A stretch of 64,000 nt of DNA, from the IMG/VR virus record IMGVR_UViG_3300036799_000109, positions 5,172-69,171 of that record, one strand, 5' to 3'. Source of the DNA: a virus. Of the stretch, positions 45,687-54,445 are shown in pieces. How positions within the stretch are numbered: position 1 is the stretch's first letter; every line of letters starts with the position of its first letter. The translations under genes and the position numbers were made by a program. Under the pieces are notes generated by a model. The model worked only from the letters and a program-made list of their open reading frames with translations. It was not told the origin of the DNA and did not search any database.

Positions 45687-46382
45687 TCAGGCGGCGGCGG
45701 TGACCTCGGCGGGTGCCTCAGTGGTCTCGGTCGCGGTCTCGGTCGTGGCCTCGGGGGCGGGAGCCTCGGGGACGACGACGGTCGGGGTGCTCGTCGGCGC
45801 TGCGGCCTTGGGTGCGGTGTAGGTCGGCTGGCCGGTGAACTTGCTGACGTCGAGCTGGGTGGTGTCGTACTCGGACGGGGTGAACTCGGTGCCTCGGGCG
45901 GTGAGGATCGCGGTCGCCTTCGCGATCGCGATGCGGCGGGCGTTGCGGTACTTCATCGACTCGGGGCTGTCGCCTCGGCCTTGACGTTCGCGGCGCAGGA
46001 TCGCGTCGCGGATCTTCAGCACGGAGTCGTCGTCGGGCTGGACCTCGTCCTCGGGGCGGTACAGGTGGGGGAAGAGGCGGTAGGCCTCGCCGGCTGACGG
46101 GTTCTTCATGTTCACGTCGGTGAAGTCGACGGCCTCGAACTTCGGGGTCTCGGTGTCTTCCTCGGCCGGGGCCTCGGCAGGACCTTCGGTCGGGGCTTCG
46201 GGCTCCTCGACCTGCGGGGCCTCAGCTGGGGTCTCGACGTCCGCCTGCGGGGCCTCAGGTGCCTCAGCCTGCGGGACCTCAGTCGCCTCGACCTGCGGGG
46301 CTGCAGCCTGCTCCACGACGTCTTCCTTGCGTGAGCGAGGCGAGGAGTTGCGGCGGGTGCGGGAGGTGGTGTTCGCGGTCAT
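45687..46382 (-). CDS. Acidic Glu/Ala/Pro-rich hypothetical protein
   Basis: AAGGAG RBS, start MTANTT; EAP repeats flank a small folded core. Confidence 0.7.
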   Translation of the reverse strand: MTANTTSRTRRNSSPRSRKEDVVEQAAAPQVEATEVPQAEAPEAPQADVETPAEAPQVEEPEAPTEGPAEAPAEEDTETPKFEAVDFTDVNMKNPSAGEAYRLFPHLYRPEDEVQPDDDSVLKIRDAILRRERQGRGDSPESMKYRNARRIAIAKATAILTARGTEFTPSEYDTTQLDVSKFTGQPTYTAPKAAAPTSTPTVVVPEAPAPEATTETATETTEAPAEVTAAA

Positions 46383-46416
46383 TGTGGGGCTCCTTCTTGT
46401 CGGTGTTTCGCGCTTG

Positions 46417-46534
46417 TCTTGCAAGAACAACATTAGTCGTGGAAAGCGCCGCAAACGACACTCGTAGGTCACGAGAAGGTCACAATAACGAGTGTTGACT
46501 GCGAACGCGCCGAGAGTAGGTTTGACCTGCAAGA
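46417..46534. promoter_or_regulatory. Divergent promoters with ACGAGTG and (T/C)(C/T)TGCAAGA motifs
   Basis: Plus strand ACGAGTG-TTGACT-N16-TAGGTT..CCTGCAAGA; minus strand ACGAGTG...TAATGT..TCTTGCAAGA. Confidence 0.65.
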
Positions 46535-46567
46535 ACACGAACAAACGGCACGACGAGAGGACCCGAC

Positions 46568-46942
46568 ATGGTCAACCTGAGCATCGCGGAAGACTCCTGC
46601 GACTACGTGGACTACGAAATCAGCCGCGACCCGACGCGGCAGGAACGCATCAACCAGGTGCTACGCACACACGCCTGGTTCGCAGACCGCGCAACCACCG
46701 CGGCACACACGCACACCGCCGCTGCGGAGAAAGCCATCGCGGACAACAGGCAGTACAGCCACCTGGTCGTCGACTGCGGCTGGACGAACGCGCAAGCCTT
46801 CGCGGCAATCTCAGGCCCGATGGACCTCGCCGCTGCGGAGCTGTTCGCGCAGACACCTGCGGCGATCTACGAAGACGCGGGCGATCGCGTGTTCCAGATG
46901 GTGCGCACGTTCACGCTGGAACTGCGCCGCCGCGCGGAGTAG
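46568..46942 (+). CDS. Hypothetical protein
   Basis: GAGAGGA RBS; hairpin terminator at 46961-47001. Confidence 0.7.
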   Translation: MVNLSIAEDSCDYVDYEISRDPTRQERINQVLRTHAWFADRATTAAHTHTAAAEKAIADNRQYSHLVVDCGWTNAQAFAAISGPMDLAAAELFAQTPAAIYEDAGDRVFQMVRTFTLELRRRAE

Positions 46943-47009
46943 CACCCCCGGCCCCGGCCGGAGAGGGAACCTCGCCCAACGAGAGGGCCAGGTTCCCTCT
47001 CGCGCGTCC

Positions 47010-47265
47010 CGACCACCTGGCCGGTCCAACCGTCCCGGCTGGATCACGGCGGCCCGGCCGGTCCAGCCACGGTCTGGTCAGACCAGGGCCGGCATGGTCC
47101 ACGGTCCGGATGGTCCAGCCAGCCCAGGGCCCCAGGGAGCTCCAGGGACTCCAGGGCCAAACGGCTCCGTGGCTGGTCCAACCGCTCCAGGGACTCCAGG
47201 GCTCCAGGGACTCCAGGGTCAACCCGAGCCCAGCTCCAGGGACCCCGACGACTCCAGGGAACCAA
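47010..47265. repeat. Array of co-oriented CTCCAGGG(A) repeats
   Basis: CTCCAGGG at 47140, 47149, 47185, 47194, 47202, 47211, 47234, 47252 plus CCCAGGG variants. Confidence 0.85.
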
Positions 47266-47728
47266 CCCGACCACCCGCCGACTCCAGCTCCCCATCCTCC
47301 GTGGGCATCGACGCCAGCACCCGGTCAATCTCACCCTGCGTCCGGGCAATCTCCGCCTCAATCGCATCCATCGACAACGTCAACGACTTCGTCGGCGCAT
47401 ACCCGCCCGTGATCTTCGCCCGCTCCGCGACAAACCCACGCACCGCGGTCCAGGCATTAATCCGCACCTGAGCCTCAACCGTCAGATCCATGCCGATGCC
47501 GATCAACTGCCGCGTCCCCAGCTCAATCGTCCCGAGCATCTCCCGCCGATGCTCATCCAGCGCCAGGGCCGGGATCTCAACCAGCGCCTCCTGATACACC
47601 TGACACGCCCGCGCACCGGAGATCTGCCACTGCCGGCCAATCTCATCGAACGAGACGTTCGCCGTCCGCGCCCGGATGATCGCCGCAGCCCGCTCAGCCT
47701 TGTACTCCGGATCGAGCGTCTTCCCCAC
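47219..47728 (-). CDS. Putative terminase small subunit (HTH)
   Basis: N-terminal HTH (VSFDEIGRQWQISGARACQVY), ERAKITGGYAP, helical C-terminus; GGGAGG RBS; co-oriented upstream of terL. Confidence 0.65.
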   Translation of the reverse strand: MGKTLDPEYKAERAAAIIRARTANVSFDEIGRQWQISGARACQVYQEALVEIPALALDEHRREMLGTIELGTRQLIGIGMDLTVEAQVRINAWTAVRGFVAERAKITGGYAPTKSLTLSMDAIEAEIARTQGEIDRVLASMPTEDGELESAGGRVGSLESSGSLELGSG

Positions 47729-47800
47729 GGTTTGAGCCTCCCTATGGCGTTAAGTTAAGCGGGCCGTTGATCGGCTAGTTTCCCACCCAGGGAGTTGATC

Positions 47801-48160
47801 ATGAGTGTTCTCGCCGAAGAAGATCTTGGGCCGGTGGTGAAGATGTACTCGCGGGCTGAGGTGGAGGCGTTCGAGTCGCAGTGTGCGGAGCTGAAGGAGT
47901 GGGGGTTTCGGCATGTGAGTCTGATCGCGGACAGGCGGTGGTCGGAGCGTGATGGGCGGTTGCTGATGCGGCGTGACGCTCCGCGTGACGGGGCGGTCGA
48001 GCTGATCGCGGTGTTTCATCCTGGGCACGCTGAGGCGTGGCGGGTGCGCGCGGCGGCGAGTTCGTTCGCGTGTGCTGGTGAGCCGTTGCGGGGCACGCTG
48101 GAGTGGGTGATGGGTCAGGTTGCGCGTAGGCGGTGGCCTGAGCTGGACGGCGCCGGGTGA
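47801..48160 (+). CDS. Hypothetical protein
   Basis: GGGAG RBS, divergent from terS-like gene. Confidence 0.65.
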   Translation: MSVLAEEDLGPVVKMYSRAEVEAFESQCAELKEWGFRHVSLIADRRWSERDGRLLMRRDAPRDGAVELIAVFHPGHAEAWRVRAAASSFACAGEPLRGTLEWVMGQVARRRWPELDGAG

Positions 48161-48477
48161 GTGAGCAGGAGCGCGCGGCGCGTTTCATCTACTCGTCGGT
48201 GACGGTAGACGGGGTCCACCACGCGTTGAGAACCGCTCGCATCGCCCCGCCGTCCGAGTGGAGCGTCACTGTGCCGACCTGGCCTGGATGCGCCGGTCTC
48301 GTCGGCAAGCGGGTCGCGGTGCACATGCCGACACCGGAGGGTGTGCGCAGCGGCGAGGCGATCGTGATCAGCGCTGACCCTGAGGAGGTCGTTCTGAGCG
48401 GTGACGGGCCGTTCCCGCTGCCAGGCGAAGACGCTGGCGTGTGGGATCCGTATCGGCCGATTTCTGGTCCGCGGTGA
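48157..48477 (+). CDS. Hypothetical protein
   Basis: GTGA coupling. Confidence 0.6.
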   Translation: MSEQERAARFIYSSVTVDGVHHALRTARIAPPSEWSVTVPTWPGCAGLVGKRVAVHMPTPEGVRSGEAIVISADPEEVVLSGDGPFPLPGEDAGVWDPYRPISGPR

Positions 48478-48662
48478 GCGGACAGGAGCCGCTCGACTAC
48501 CGATGCCCGGAGTGTGGCCGGGAGGCGCGGCTGGTGATCGGGCCGACGCAGGCGGTCTGCGGCACGGACGGGTGCGAGGTGCTGACGTTCAACCCGAGCC
48601 TTCCCGATGGTGGGCGCAGTGACGCCGGCTACGTCGACTGGTCCGACGAGGAGAGGGAGTAG
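48474..48662 (+). CDS. Small Zn-ribbon protein
   Basis: CPEC...CGTDGC, GTGA coupling. Confidence 0.6.
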   Translation: MSGQEPLDYRCPECGREARLVIGPTQAVCGTDGCEVLTFNPSLPDGGRSDAGYVDWSDEERE

Positions 48663-48665
48663 TCG

Positions 48666-48890
48666 ATGCGGGTCATCATCAAGCGCCCTGAGTTGCGTGG
48701 CGACTTCATGGACCCGATCGAGATGGACGCCGTGCCTCGGGTCGGCGACACGATCTCGGTGACGGACCTGGGCTGGGATGAGGACGCGCCGCCGTGGCGG
48801 GTGACCAGGGTGGAGTGGTGCCCTCTCGGGAACGGACCCGAGGACCGCACGCCGTGCGTGTACGTGCACGTCATCACCAGGCCAGGCTGA
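48666..48890 (+). CDS. Hypothetical protein
   Basis: VPRVGDTI...WRVTRVEW. Confidence 0.65.
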   Translation: MRVIIKRPELRGDFMDPIEMDAVPRVGDTISVTDLGWDEDAPPWRVTRVEWCPLGNGPEDRTPCVYVHVITRPG

Positions 48891-48925
48891 ACCGATTCCC
48901 CGGTGGCTGAGCCCGCCGACGAGTT

Positions 48926-48959
48926 GCTAGTTACGGGTTACGAGTATCCCGTAACTAGC
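48926..48959. terminator. 34-bp near-perfect palindrome at convergent junction (terminator or recombination site)
   Basis: GCTAGTTACGGG TTACGAGTAT CCCGTAACTAGC. Confidence 0.55.
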
Positions 48960-49200
48960 CGAGGGCTGCGAGGAGGAGCAGGCCGGTCACTGCGAGGGCG
49001 AGGACTGGGGCGCCGTCGAGCATCACGACGAGACGCCAGGTCGACCGGACCGCCTGGGCGTGGGTCTTCCCGTCGTGCCGTGCGCACTCGTAGAGGAAGC
49101 CGCGGAGCTGGATGCGGTGCTGCGAGTACACCTCTGGTGCGAAGGACCAGGCGCCGAGCAGCACGGTCAGCACGGCCCATGTCGCGAGATACTCGGGCAC
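48955..49200 (-). CDS. Small membrane protein
   Basis: 81 aa, two hydrophobic segments. Confidence 0.55.
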   Translation of the reverse strand: MPEYLATWAVLTVLLGAWSFAPEVYSQHRIQLRGFLYECARHDGKTHAQAVRSTWRLVVMLDGAPVLALAVTGLLLLAALG

Positions 49201-49467
49201 GGGGTCGTCAGTCCGGTGGTGGTGTGGGGAGGTCGGCGAGTAGGCCGGCGACGTGGTTCAGGGTCGCGGGGTCCTGCACCGTGGGAGGCAGGTGCTGGGC
49301 TTCGCGGCTGACGGTGACGTGACGGCGTACCTCGTCGTCTGGCACGCCGCGTCCGTGGCCGTGGCCGGCGAGGTCACGTACCCACTGCAGGCGTACGCAG
49401 CGCTCCGCGTGCTGGCCGCGTGCGCAGCCACAGTCACATGGTGGGCCAACGGGCATGTGGGCGCACG

Positions 49468-49677
49468 CTACAGGGCGATGCCGCGGATGTGGTCGGCGTA
49501 GTCGGCGACCAGGGCGTCACGGTGCTCGACGGTGAAGCGGGCGGGTGGGATCTCTGAGCGCCAGTCGCAGGAGCACTCCGCGGTCGTGAGGCCGGTGCAC
49601 AGGTTGTGCACGTAGATCGGGTTGTGCTCGACGAGGCGACGGCGGCGCTGGGTGGGGAGCGCGAGGGTGGAAGTCAC
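49468..49677 (-). CDS. Hypothetical protein
   Basis: GAGGA RBS; AECSCDW...H motif. Confidence 0.55.
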   Translation of the reverse strand: MTSTLALPTQRRRRLVEHNPIYVHNLCTGLTTAECSCDWRSEIPPARFTVEHRDALVADYADHIRGIAL

Positions 49678-49928
49678 GGCGGTGGGGGTTCCTCGAGGGC
49701 GGGATAGGGACGGGCCCTGGCCGATTGAAACTGGAGAGAAACGATCGGCCAGGGCCCGTTTGCTGCCCCCGGTCAGGTCCTTGGGGAAGTGCGCCAAGGG
49801 GCAGTTGGGTCAAGTCTGCGGGAACGGCGGTCGGGGGTTCACCGTTCCCGTGGGCTCGGCCCGTTGTTCTGTTGGCTCAGCGGCAGGCAGGGGCGGACCC
49901 AGGGGAATGGGCTGTTGCCTGTCGCCGG

Positions 49929-50162
49929 TCAGGAACCTACGCCTGCTGGCTGCGCGAGCGGGCGAGCCTGGTCGGCGTGTCCCCGGGGGACGATGGTGGG
50001 GGTGCCGATGGCGATGCGCTGGCAGGCGTTGCACAGCAGGCGACGCTGGCCGGGTCTCAGGTCGATCCAGGGGTGGCCGTCGCACAGGGCGCGGCCAGGT
50101 CTGGTGACGTCGTCGAGGTGGGCGACGACGAGCGGGGTACGGGTGGGGGACTGCAGGATCAT
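49929..50162 (-). CDS. Small Zn-binding protein
   Basis: AH...ALCDG...CNAC. Confidence 0.55.
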   Translation of the reverse strand: MILQSPTRTPLVVAHLDDVTRPGRALCDGHPWIDLRPGQRRLLCNACQRIAIGTPTIVPRGHADQARPLAQPAGVGS

Positions 50163-50239
50163 GGCAGTTCTCGATCACGTGCGAAGGGGGTGGGGGAGGC
50201 GGCCAATGCGCTCGGCCGCCTCCCAGGATACGCCGTGGA

Positions 50240-50734
50240 TCAGAGGTGCTGCTCACGGACGAGACGGTCGGCGTGACGGTCGATCTCGTCCGCCATCCAG
50301 GCCGCGGCGTCCTTCGCGTTCGGGCTCGAAATCGAGTGCCGGGCGAGAGTGCGGACCTGCTCAGCCCATCTGCGGAACATGGTGACGTCGTCGGAGGAGT
50401 GCGCGGCGGTGCGCGCGACCACGGCGGCGTTGCCGGCGTGTGAGGCGTAGGCGGCGCGGCCCTTCTCGGTGAGACGGACCACGCGCGTCGGCGGCCGGTC
50501 CTTCGATGACGTCTGCATCCGGTCGTAGAACGCGCTGGTTTCGACCAGCGTGAGGCCGCTGACCCCGATCAGGCCGTCGCGTTCCATCGCCGAGGCGGTC
50601 GAGTAGTGCAGCACGCCCTCACCCAGGTCGGTTTTCTTGCCGATGCGCAGGTACTGCTCATCGGGCTGCCAGGCGCGCTCGCGCTCGATGAGCAGGGCCA
50701 AGACCTCGGCGTGGCGCTGGTCGAGGAGCGTCAC
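50240..50734 (-). CDS. Hypothetical protein (possible winged helix)
   Basis: TASAMERDGLI...VRLTEKGR; followed by hairpin at 50194-50224. Confidence 0.65.
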   Translation of the reverse strand: MTLLDQRHAEVLALLIERERAWQPDEQYLRIGKKTDLGEGVLHYSTASAMERDGLIGVSGLTLVETSAFYDRMQTSSKDRPPTRVVRLTEKGRAAYASHAGNAAVVARTAAHSSDDVTMFRRWAEQVRTLARHSISSPNAKDAAAWMADEIDRHADRLVREQHL

Positions 50735-51216
50735 GGCGTGTGCTCCGGGTCGAGCAGGTGCTCGCGCGGGATCCAGTAGTTCACCGGGTCGCCTGGTTCG
50801 CCGTCTGTGCGTTCCGCCTTCACCATGCGTTCCTCGTCCTGCACGATCACGCCCCGGTGAGGCCTACCGGACGTGGAGGGGTGCGCCCAGTGCACGACGT
50901 TGTTCACCGTGGCGTGCGCCTGCCAGTCCGTGAACACAGGAGGCTCGTCGTGGAGTCTGCCGGCGAGCGGGCCGGCGATCGCGCGGAGACGAGCCGGTCC
51001 GCCTGTGTAGTAGTGATACCGGTACAGGCAGACCGCGGCGACGTAGCCGGGGTAGCCGAGTTCGAGCTTGCGGAGGTGCCCAGGGTCGGCGTGCGACATG
51101 GCCTGCAGCAGATCAGTGATGTAGCCGCCAGCTTTGTAGCCGCCCTGCCCGTAGAAGGCGAGGACGTGCACCGCCTCCTCCTGGGTGCACACGGGTGGGG
51201 ACTCCTCGTCAGTCAT
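50731..51216 (-). CDS. Hypothetical protein
   Basis: 161 aa, coupled. Confidence 0.65.
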   Translation of the reverse strand: MTDEESPPVCTQEEAVHVLAFYGQGGYKAGGYITDLLQAMSHADPGHLRKLELGYPGYVAAVCLYRYHYYTGGPARLRAIAGPLAGRLHDEPPVFTDWQAHATVNNVVHWAHPSTSGRPHRGVIVQDEERMVKAERTDGEPGDPVNYWIPREHLLDPEHTP

Positions 51217-51448
51217 GATGGTGATCGTCCTCTCGTAGGGCGTTGCGTACGCGGCGGTACGGGCCTGAGCGGAGCAGCACGATCAGGCCGATGAGGATCA
51301 GGACGAGCGGGACGAACCGCACCCAGTAGGGGTGCCCGGTGTAGTCCAGGGACAGATCCCCGGCGATCGCGAGGAGCAGCACGCTCGTGGCGGCGATGAC
51401 GATGCCCAGGTCGTCGCCGGTCGCCGGTTCTGGTGGTGTGCGAGTCAT
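51209..51448 (-). CDS. Small 2-TM protein
   Basis: 79 aa. Confidence 0.6.
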   Translation of the reverse strand: MTRTPPEPATGDDLGIVIAATSVLLLAIAGDLSLDYTGHPYWVRFVPLVLILIGLIVLLRSGPYRRVRNALREDDHHHD

Positions 51449-51654
51449 GCGCCGGCCGTCTCCAGCGGCTCAGGTGTGTGCTCGTCGGCGAGGCGGACAC
51501 GGACGTCGACCTTGACTCCGAGTGGCGTGGTCAGCTGCACCTCGTAGGGGTCGCCGATTGCGGTGATCCGCACCTCGCCGAGGTTCTCGGTGCTGCTGTG
51601 CACCGCGGTGATGACTTCGGCGAGGGCGTCCTCGTAGGGGTTCAGGTCAGTCAT
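51445..51654 (-). CDS. Hypothetical protein
   Basis: GAGGAG RBS. Confidence 0.6.
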   Translation of the reverse strand: MTDLNPYEDALAEVITAVHSSTENLGEVRITAIGDPYEVQLTTPLGVKVDVRVRLADEHTPEPLETAGA

Positions 51655-51660
51655 GGCTGG

Positions 51661-51972
51661 TTATCTCCTCTTCCGGGTAGCACGAACCAGTCCTTCTACG
51701 AACTCTGCGTCCCGGCCGCTGGCGACAGCCTGGTTGAATTGGGCGGCCTGCCCGTGTGTCATCGATGCCCAGCCCTTGCCCTCTGTGACACCGAGGTCGA
51801 TCAGGCCGGTGCGCCAGCACTGGATCATGTCGACGGCGGTGTCGCTGCCGACGTCGTGACGGAGGCGGATCTCGGCGTCCTCGGGTACGTCGACGCCCTC
51901 TCGTGCGAGTCGCTTCTGGACGATGGCGTAGTTGTTGCCGTTCGCGACGCCCCAGTCCTTCACCTCAGGCAT
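51661..51972 (-). CDS. Hypothetical protein
   Basis: 103 aa, coupled. Confidence 0.6.
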   Translation of the reverse strand: MPEVKDWGVANGNNYAIVQKRLAREGVDVPEDAEIRLRHDVGSDTAVDMIQCWRTGLIDLGVTEGKGWASMTHGQAAQFNQAVASGRDAEFVEGLVRATRKRR

Positions 51973-52228
51973 GGCTGGTCACCTTCGTCGTCTGGTGCTT
52001 CGGGCGGATCGGTTCCTTCGACAGCTGGTACTCGGCGTGGGCCGCGGCGTCGCGCGTCGGGAACGTCGGTGCCGTCTCGAACGGACGTGGATCGCCCACG
52101 ATTCGCCACTTCTTGTCAGGGAAGTTGCGGCTCACGCAGCCGCAGGCGCCAGTGGAGTAGCGGATATTGGTGACGTACCAGCCGCCGTGTCGCCACGGCG
52201 CGTACTCGGGGGCGAAGACGTCAGGCAT
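51965..52228 (-). CDS. Hypothetical phage protein
   Basis: WRHGGWYV..RY.TGACGCVSRNFPDKKWRIV motif. Confidence 0.65.
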   Translation of the reverse strand: MPDVFAPEYAPWRHGGWYVTNIRYSTGACGCVSRNFPDKKWRIVGDPRPFETAPTFPTRDAAAHAEYQLSKEPIRPKHQTTKVTSHA

Positions 52229-52586
52229 GGCTGATCGGCTCCCTCATGTGCAGGAGGATCGCCCCGTTGTCGCGGCCGATGCGCTCCGCGTTCCAGGTGC
52301 CGGCTGCCTGGCACTCGGCGCGGGTCTGGCTGCCGCCGCTCCACTTCTCCAGTGCCGCGGCAGCATGGTCGGCGTACTCGGTCACGGTGACCACGGTCAG
52401 ATTGGCTGCGCCCGCGTGTTCGGCCTCGGGCACGAGATCCGGGGCGAGGTCGTAGACGATGCCGCCTGTGGTGACATGGCCGACGATGCGGCCGGCGCGG
52501 AGCGGTTTGACCGCGACGAACAGCTGGTGCTCGTGGGCGAGGACGTCGGTGTCCAGGACATACAGGTCAGGTAAGACGGTTCGCAC
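52221..52586 (-). CDS. Hypothetical protein (paralog of next gene)
   Basis: GGAGATC RBS; aligns with 52620-52970. Confidence 0.7.
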   Translation of the reverse strand: MRTVLPDLYVLDTDVLAHEHQLFVAVKPLRAGRIVGHVTTGGIVYDLAPDLVPEAEHAGAANLTVVTVTEYADHAAAALEKWSGGSQTRAECQAAGTWNAERIGRDNGAILLHMREPISHA

Positions 52587-52619
52587 GATGATCTCCCTGC
52601 GGGTGGGTTGTTTGGTGGG

Positions 52620-52970
52620 TCAGGTCTGCTGGTTCATGCGGACAAGAGCGAGACCGCGGTTTCGGCCCAGTTCCTCCGGGTTCCACATGCCGACCTCTTC
52701 GTAGTCGGCGCGGGAGTACACGCCGTCGCTGCGGACAAAGATGGCTATATCCACCAGGTCGTCGAACTCGGCCCGGGTGACAACGGTGATCAGCTGGCCG
52801 TCGTCACGCTTTGCCAGCTCGACGTAGTCGGGCTTGACGTCGTGGACCATGCCGCCGTGGATCAGGTTGCCGAGGAACTCGCCGGGCAGCGGCCGGGTAG
52901 TGACGTACAGGTGATGGGAGTGTTCGGGCTGGTCTGTGTCCAGCATGAACAGCCTGGTCGACGCGGTCAC
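52620..52970 (-). CDS. Hypothetical protein (paralog of previous gene)
   Basis: GGAGATCACC RBS. Confidence 0.7.
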   Translation of the reverse strand: MTASTRLFMLDTDQPEHSHHLYVTTRPLPGEFLGNLIHGGMVHDVKPDYVELAKRDDGQLITVVTRAEFDDLVDIAIFVRSDGVYSRADYEEVGMWNPEELGRNRGLALVRMNQQT

Positions 52971-52980
52971 GGTGATCTCC

Positions 52981-53592
52981 TCAGACGGTGAGTGTTCGGC
53001 GGGATTCCTCGAGGGCGCCGCGGAGCCAGTCCCTCATGACGTTCTCGGCGGGCAGCTCGGTGCGGGGGTAGTCGCGGTGCACCAGGCTCAGCAGGTACGT
53101 CACGCGCGCCTCGACCGTGCCCATCGCGCGCAGCAGCTGGGGGTAGGCGAAACGGCCGGCTGCGATGCAGTAGCCGCGGATCTCGCCGGCCGTGTCCTGA
53201 TCGGTGCCGGTGGTGGGCGTGGAGCGTTTCAGTGGTCGGCAGATCGCCGCGGCGTCCTGCGAGGTGCCCGACTCCGGGGGGTCCAGTACCTGGAGCTCGT
53301 CGGGTGCGAGCAGACGTAGCAGCACTGGCTGGCAGGTGACGTCGAGCACGACCAGTGCGCTGTCTGTGGCGACGGTGATCGCTTCCTGGGTGGTCACGAC
53401 GACGACGGGCAGGTCGTCGACGACGGCGCGCACCTCGGCGGGTAGCCGGTCGAACAGGGTGTTGCAGCCGAGGCACATGAGCGTCTCGCCTGTGCAGCCG
53501 TCGTGGTCGGGGCCGTCGTGTTGCCAGCGTGCGCCGTGCGATTCGCAGTCAGGGAGGTGTGTGATGACAGCTGGCAGGGTGGGCAGGGGCAC
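52981..53592 (-). CDS. Hypothetical protein
   Basis: GAGGAGATCACC RBS, GTG start. Confidence 0.65.
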   Translation of the reverse strand: MPLPTLPAVITHLPDCESHGARWQHDGPDHDGCTGETLMCLGCNTLFDRLPAEVRAVVDDLPVVVVTTQEAITVATDSALVVLDVTCQPVLLRLLAPDELQVLDPPESGTSQDAAAICRPLKRSTPTTGTDQDTAGEIRGYCIAAGRFAYPQLLRAMGTVEARVTYLLSLVHRDYPRTELPAENVMRDWLRGALEESRRTLTV

Positions 53593-53610
53593 GGTGATCT
53601 CCTCGGGTGG

Positions 53611-53649
53611 GCTGTGCCTGGGCGGTGGGTGAGGCCGCCCAGGCACAGC
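53611..53649. terminator. Hairpin
   Basis: GCTGTGCCTGGGCGG/CCGCCCAGGCACAGC 15-bp stem. Confidence 0.6.
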
Positions 53650-53673
53650 GGTGGTCGTCAGTCGGTGCTCGCC

Positions 53674-53904
53674 TCAGCGAGGGGCGGCCTGGTTATCGGT
53701 GAGGTGCTCGCGGAGCAGCCCGCGGATCTGATCGTCAGACGGGCTCTCGTCGAAGCACCAGTCCTCGGTGAGGTCTTCCTCGGTGTCCACGCGGTGCACC
53801 TCGAAGGATCGGCCGTCGTCGGGCCAGATCAGTTCGGTGATGCGGACTTGGACGTCGTCGACGGTGCGGGTCTCTCGCTCGTGGGAGGTAGGCGCGCTCG
53901 ACAT
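53674..53904 (-). CDS. Small acidic hypothetical protein
   Basis: AGGAGATC RBS; Asp/Glu-rich, 76 aa. Confidence 0.6.
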   Translation of the reverse strand: MSSAPTSHERETRTVDDVQVRITELIWPDDGRSFEVHRVDTEEDLTEDWCFDESPSDDQIRGLLREHLTDNQAAPR

Positions 53905-53941
53905 GGGATCTCCTGTGGGCGGTGTCGGGCCTGGGGGTGGG

Positions 53942-54343
53942 TCAGGCGGGGGAAACGGCGCGGTACTCGTCGAGCAGATCCGGGTCGATCCAGTCGACCC
54001 GGTGGTACTGGGCGAACCAGCAGCCTTCGCGGTCGACCTCATCGAGATCGATCATGTCCTCGGGAAGGTCGCACGGGCCTGCTGCCGCGCAGACCTGCGG
54101 CAACGTCCATCCGAGGTCGAGGAGCGCCTGCACCTGCCGGTGTTTCTTGATGGCCCGCTGTGCGGCCTTGCGGTGCTCGTTGCCCTGCAGGTCGGCGTAC
54201 ATCGCGGCGGCCTGGAGGGTTTCGTTGAGGCGGCGGGTGCGGTGGATGGAGTGGTTGATGGTTTCCTGGACGGGGTCGACGTGACCTGGCAGTTCGCTGA
54301 GGAGTTCCTCGCGGTTACCTGCCGGGTACGTGATACGGGACAT
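53942..54343 (-). CDS. Hypothetical protein
   Basis: AAGGAGATCACC RBS, directly downstream of the conserved promoter. Confidence 0.7.
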   Translation of the reverse strand: MSRITYPAGNREELLSELPGHVDPVQETINHSIHRTRRLNETLQAAAMYADLQGNEHRKAAQRAIKKHRQVQALLDLGWTLPQVCAAAGPCDLPEDMIDLDEVDREGCWFAQYHRVDWIDPDLLDEYRAVSPA

Positions 54344-54386
54344 CGGTGATCTCCTTGCGGGCTGTGCGAGGACAGAGCTGTCCTGT

Positions 54387-54431
54387 TCTTGCAAGAATAC
54401 AGGAGGCGGGTCCGCACAGTCAACACTCGTG
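54387..54431 (-). promoter_or_regulatory. SigA-type promoter with TCTTGCAAGA palindromic operator
   Basis: CACGAGTG-TTGACT-N18-TATTCT-TGCAAGA. Confidence 0.8.
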
Positions 54432-54445
54432 ACACCCGTGGGGAG

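Noticed and set aside
44480-47265. Repeat arrays as a CRISPR array
   Set aside because: Units are 8-9 bp with irregular spacing, there are no 23-47 bp repeats with unique spacers, and no cas genes are present.
49208-49456. Small CDS (82 aa, or the overlapping 63-aa frame)
   Set aside because: Competing frames with no clear RBS; I cannot choose between them.
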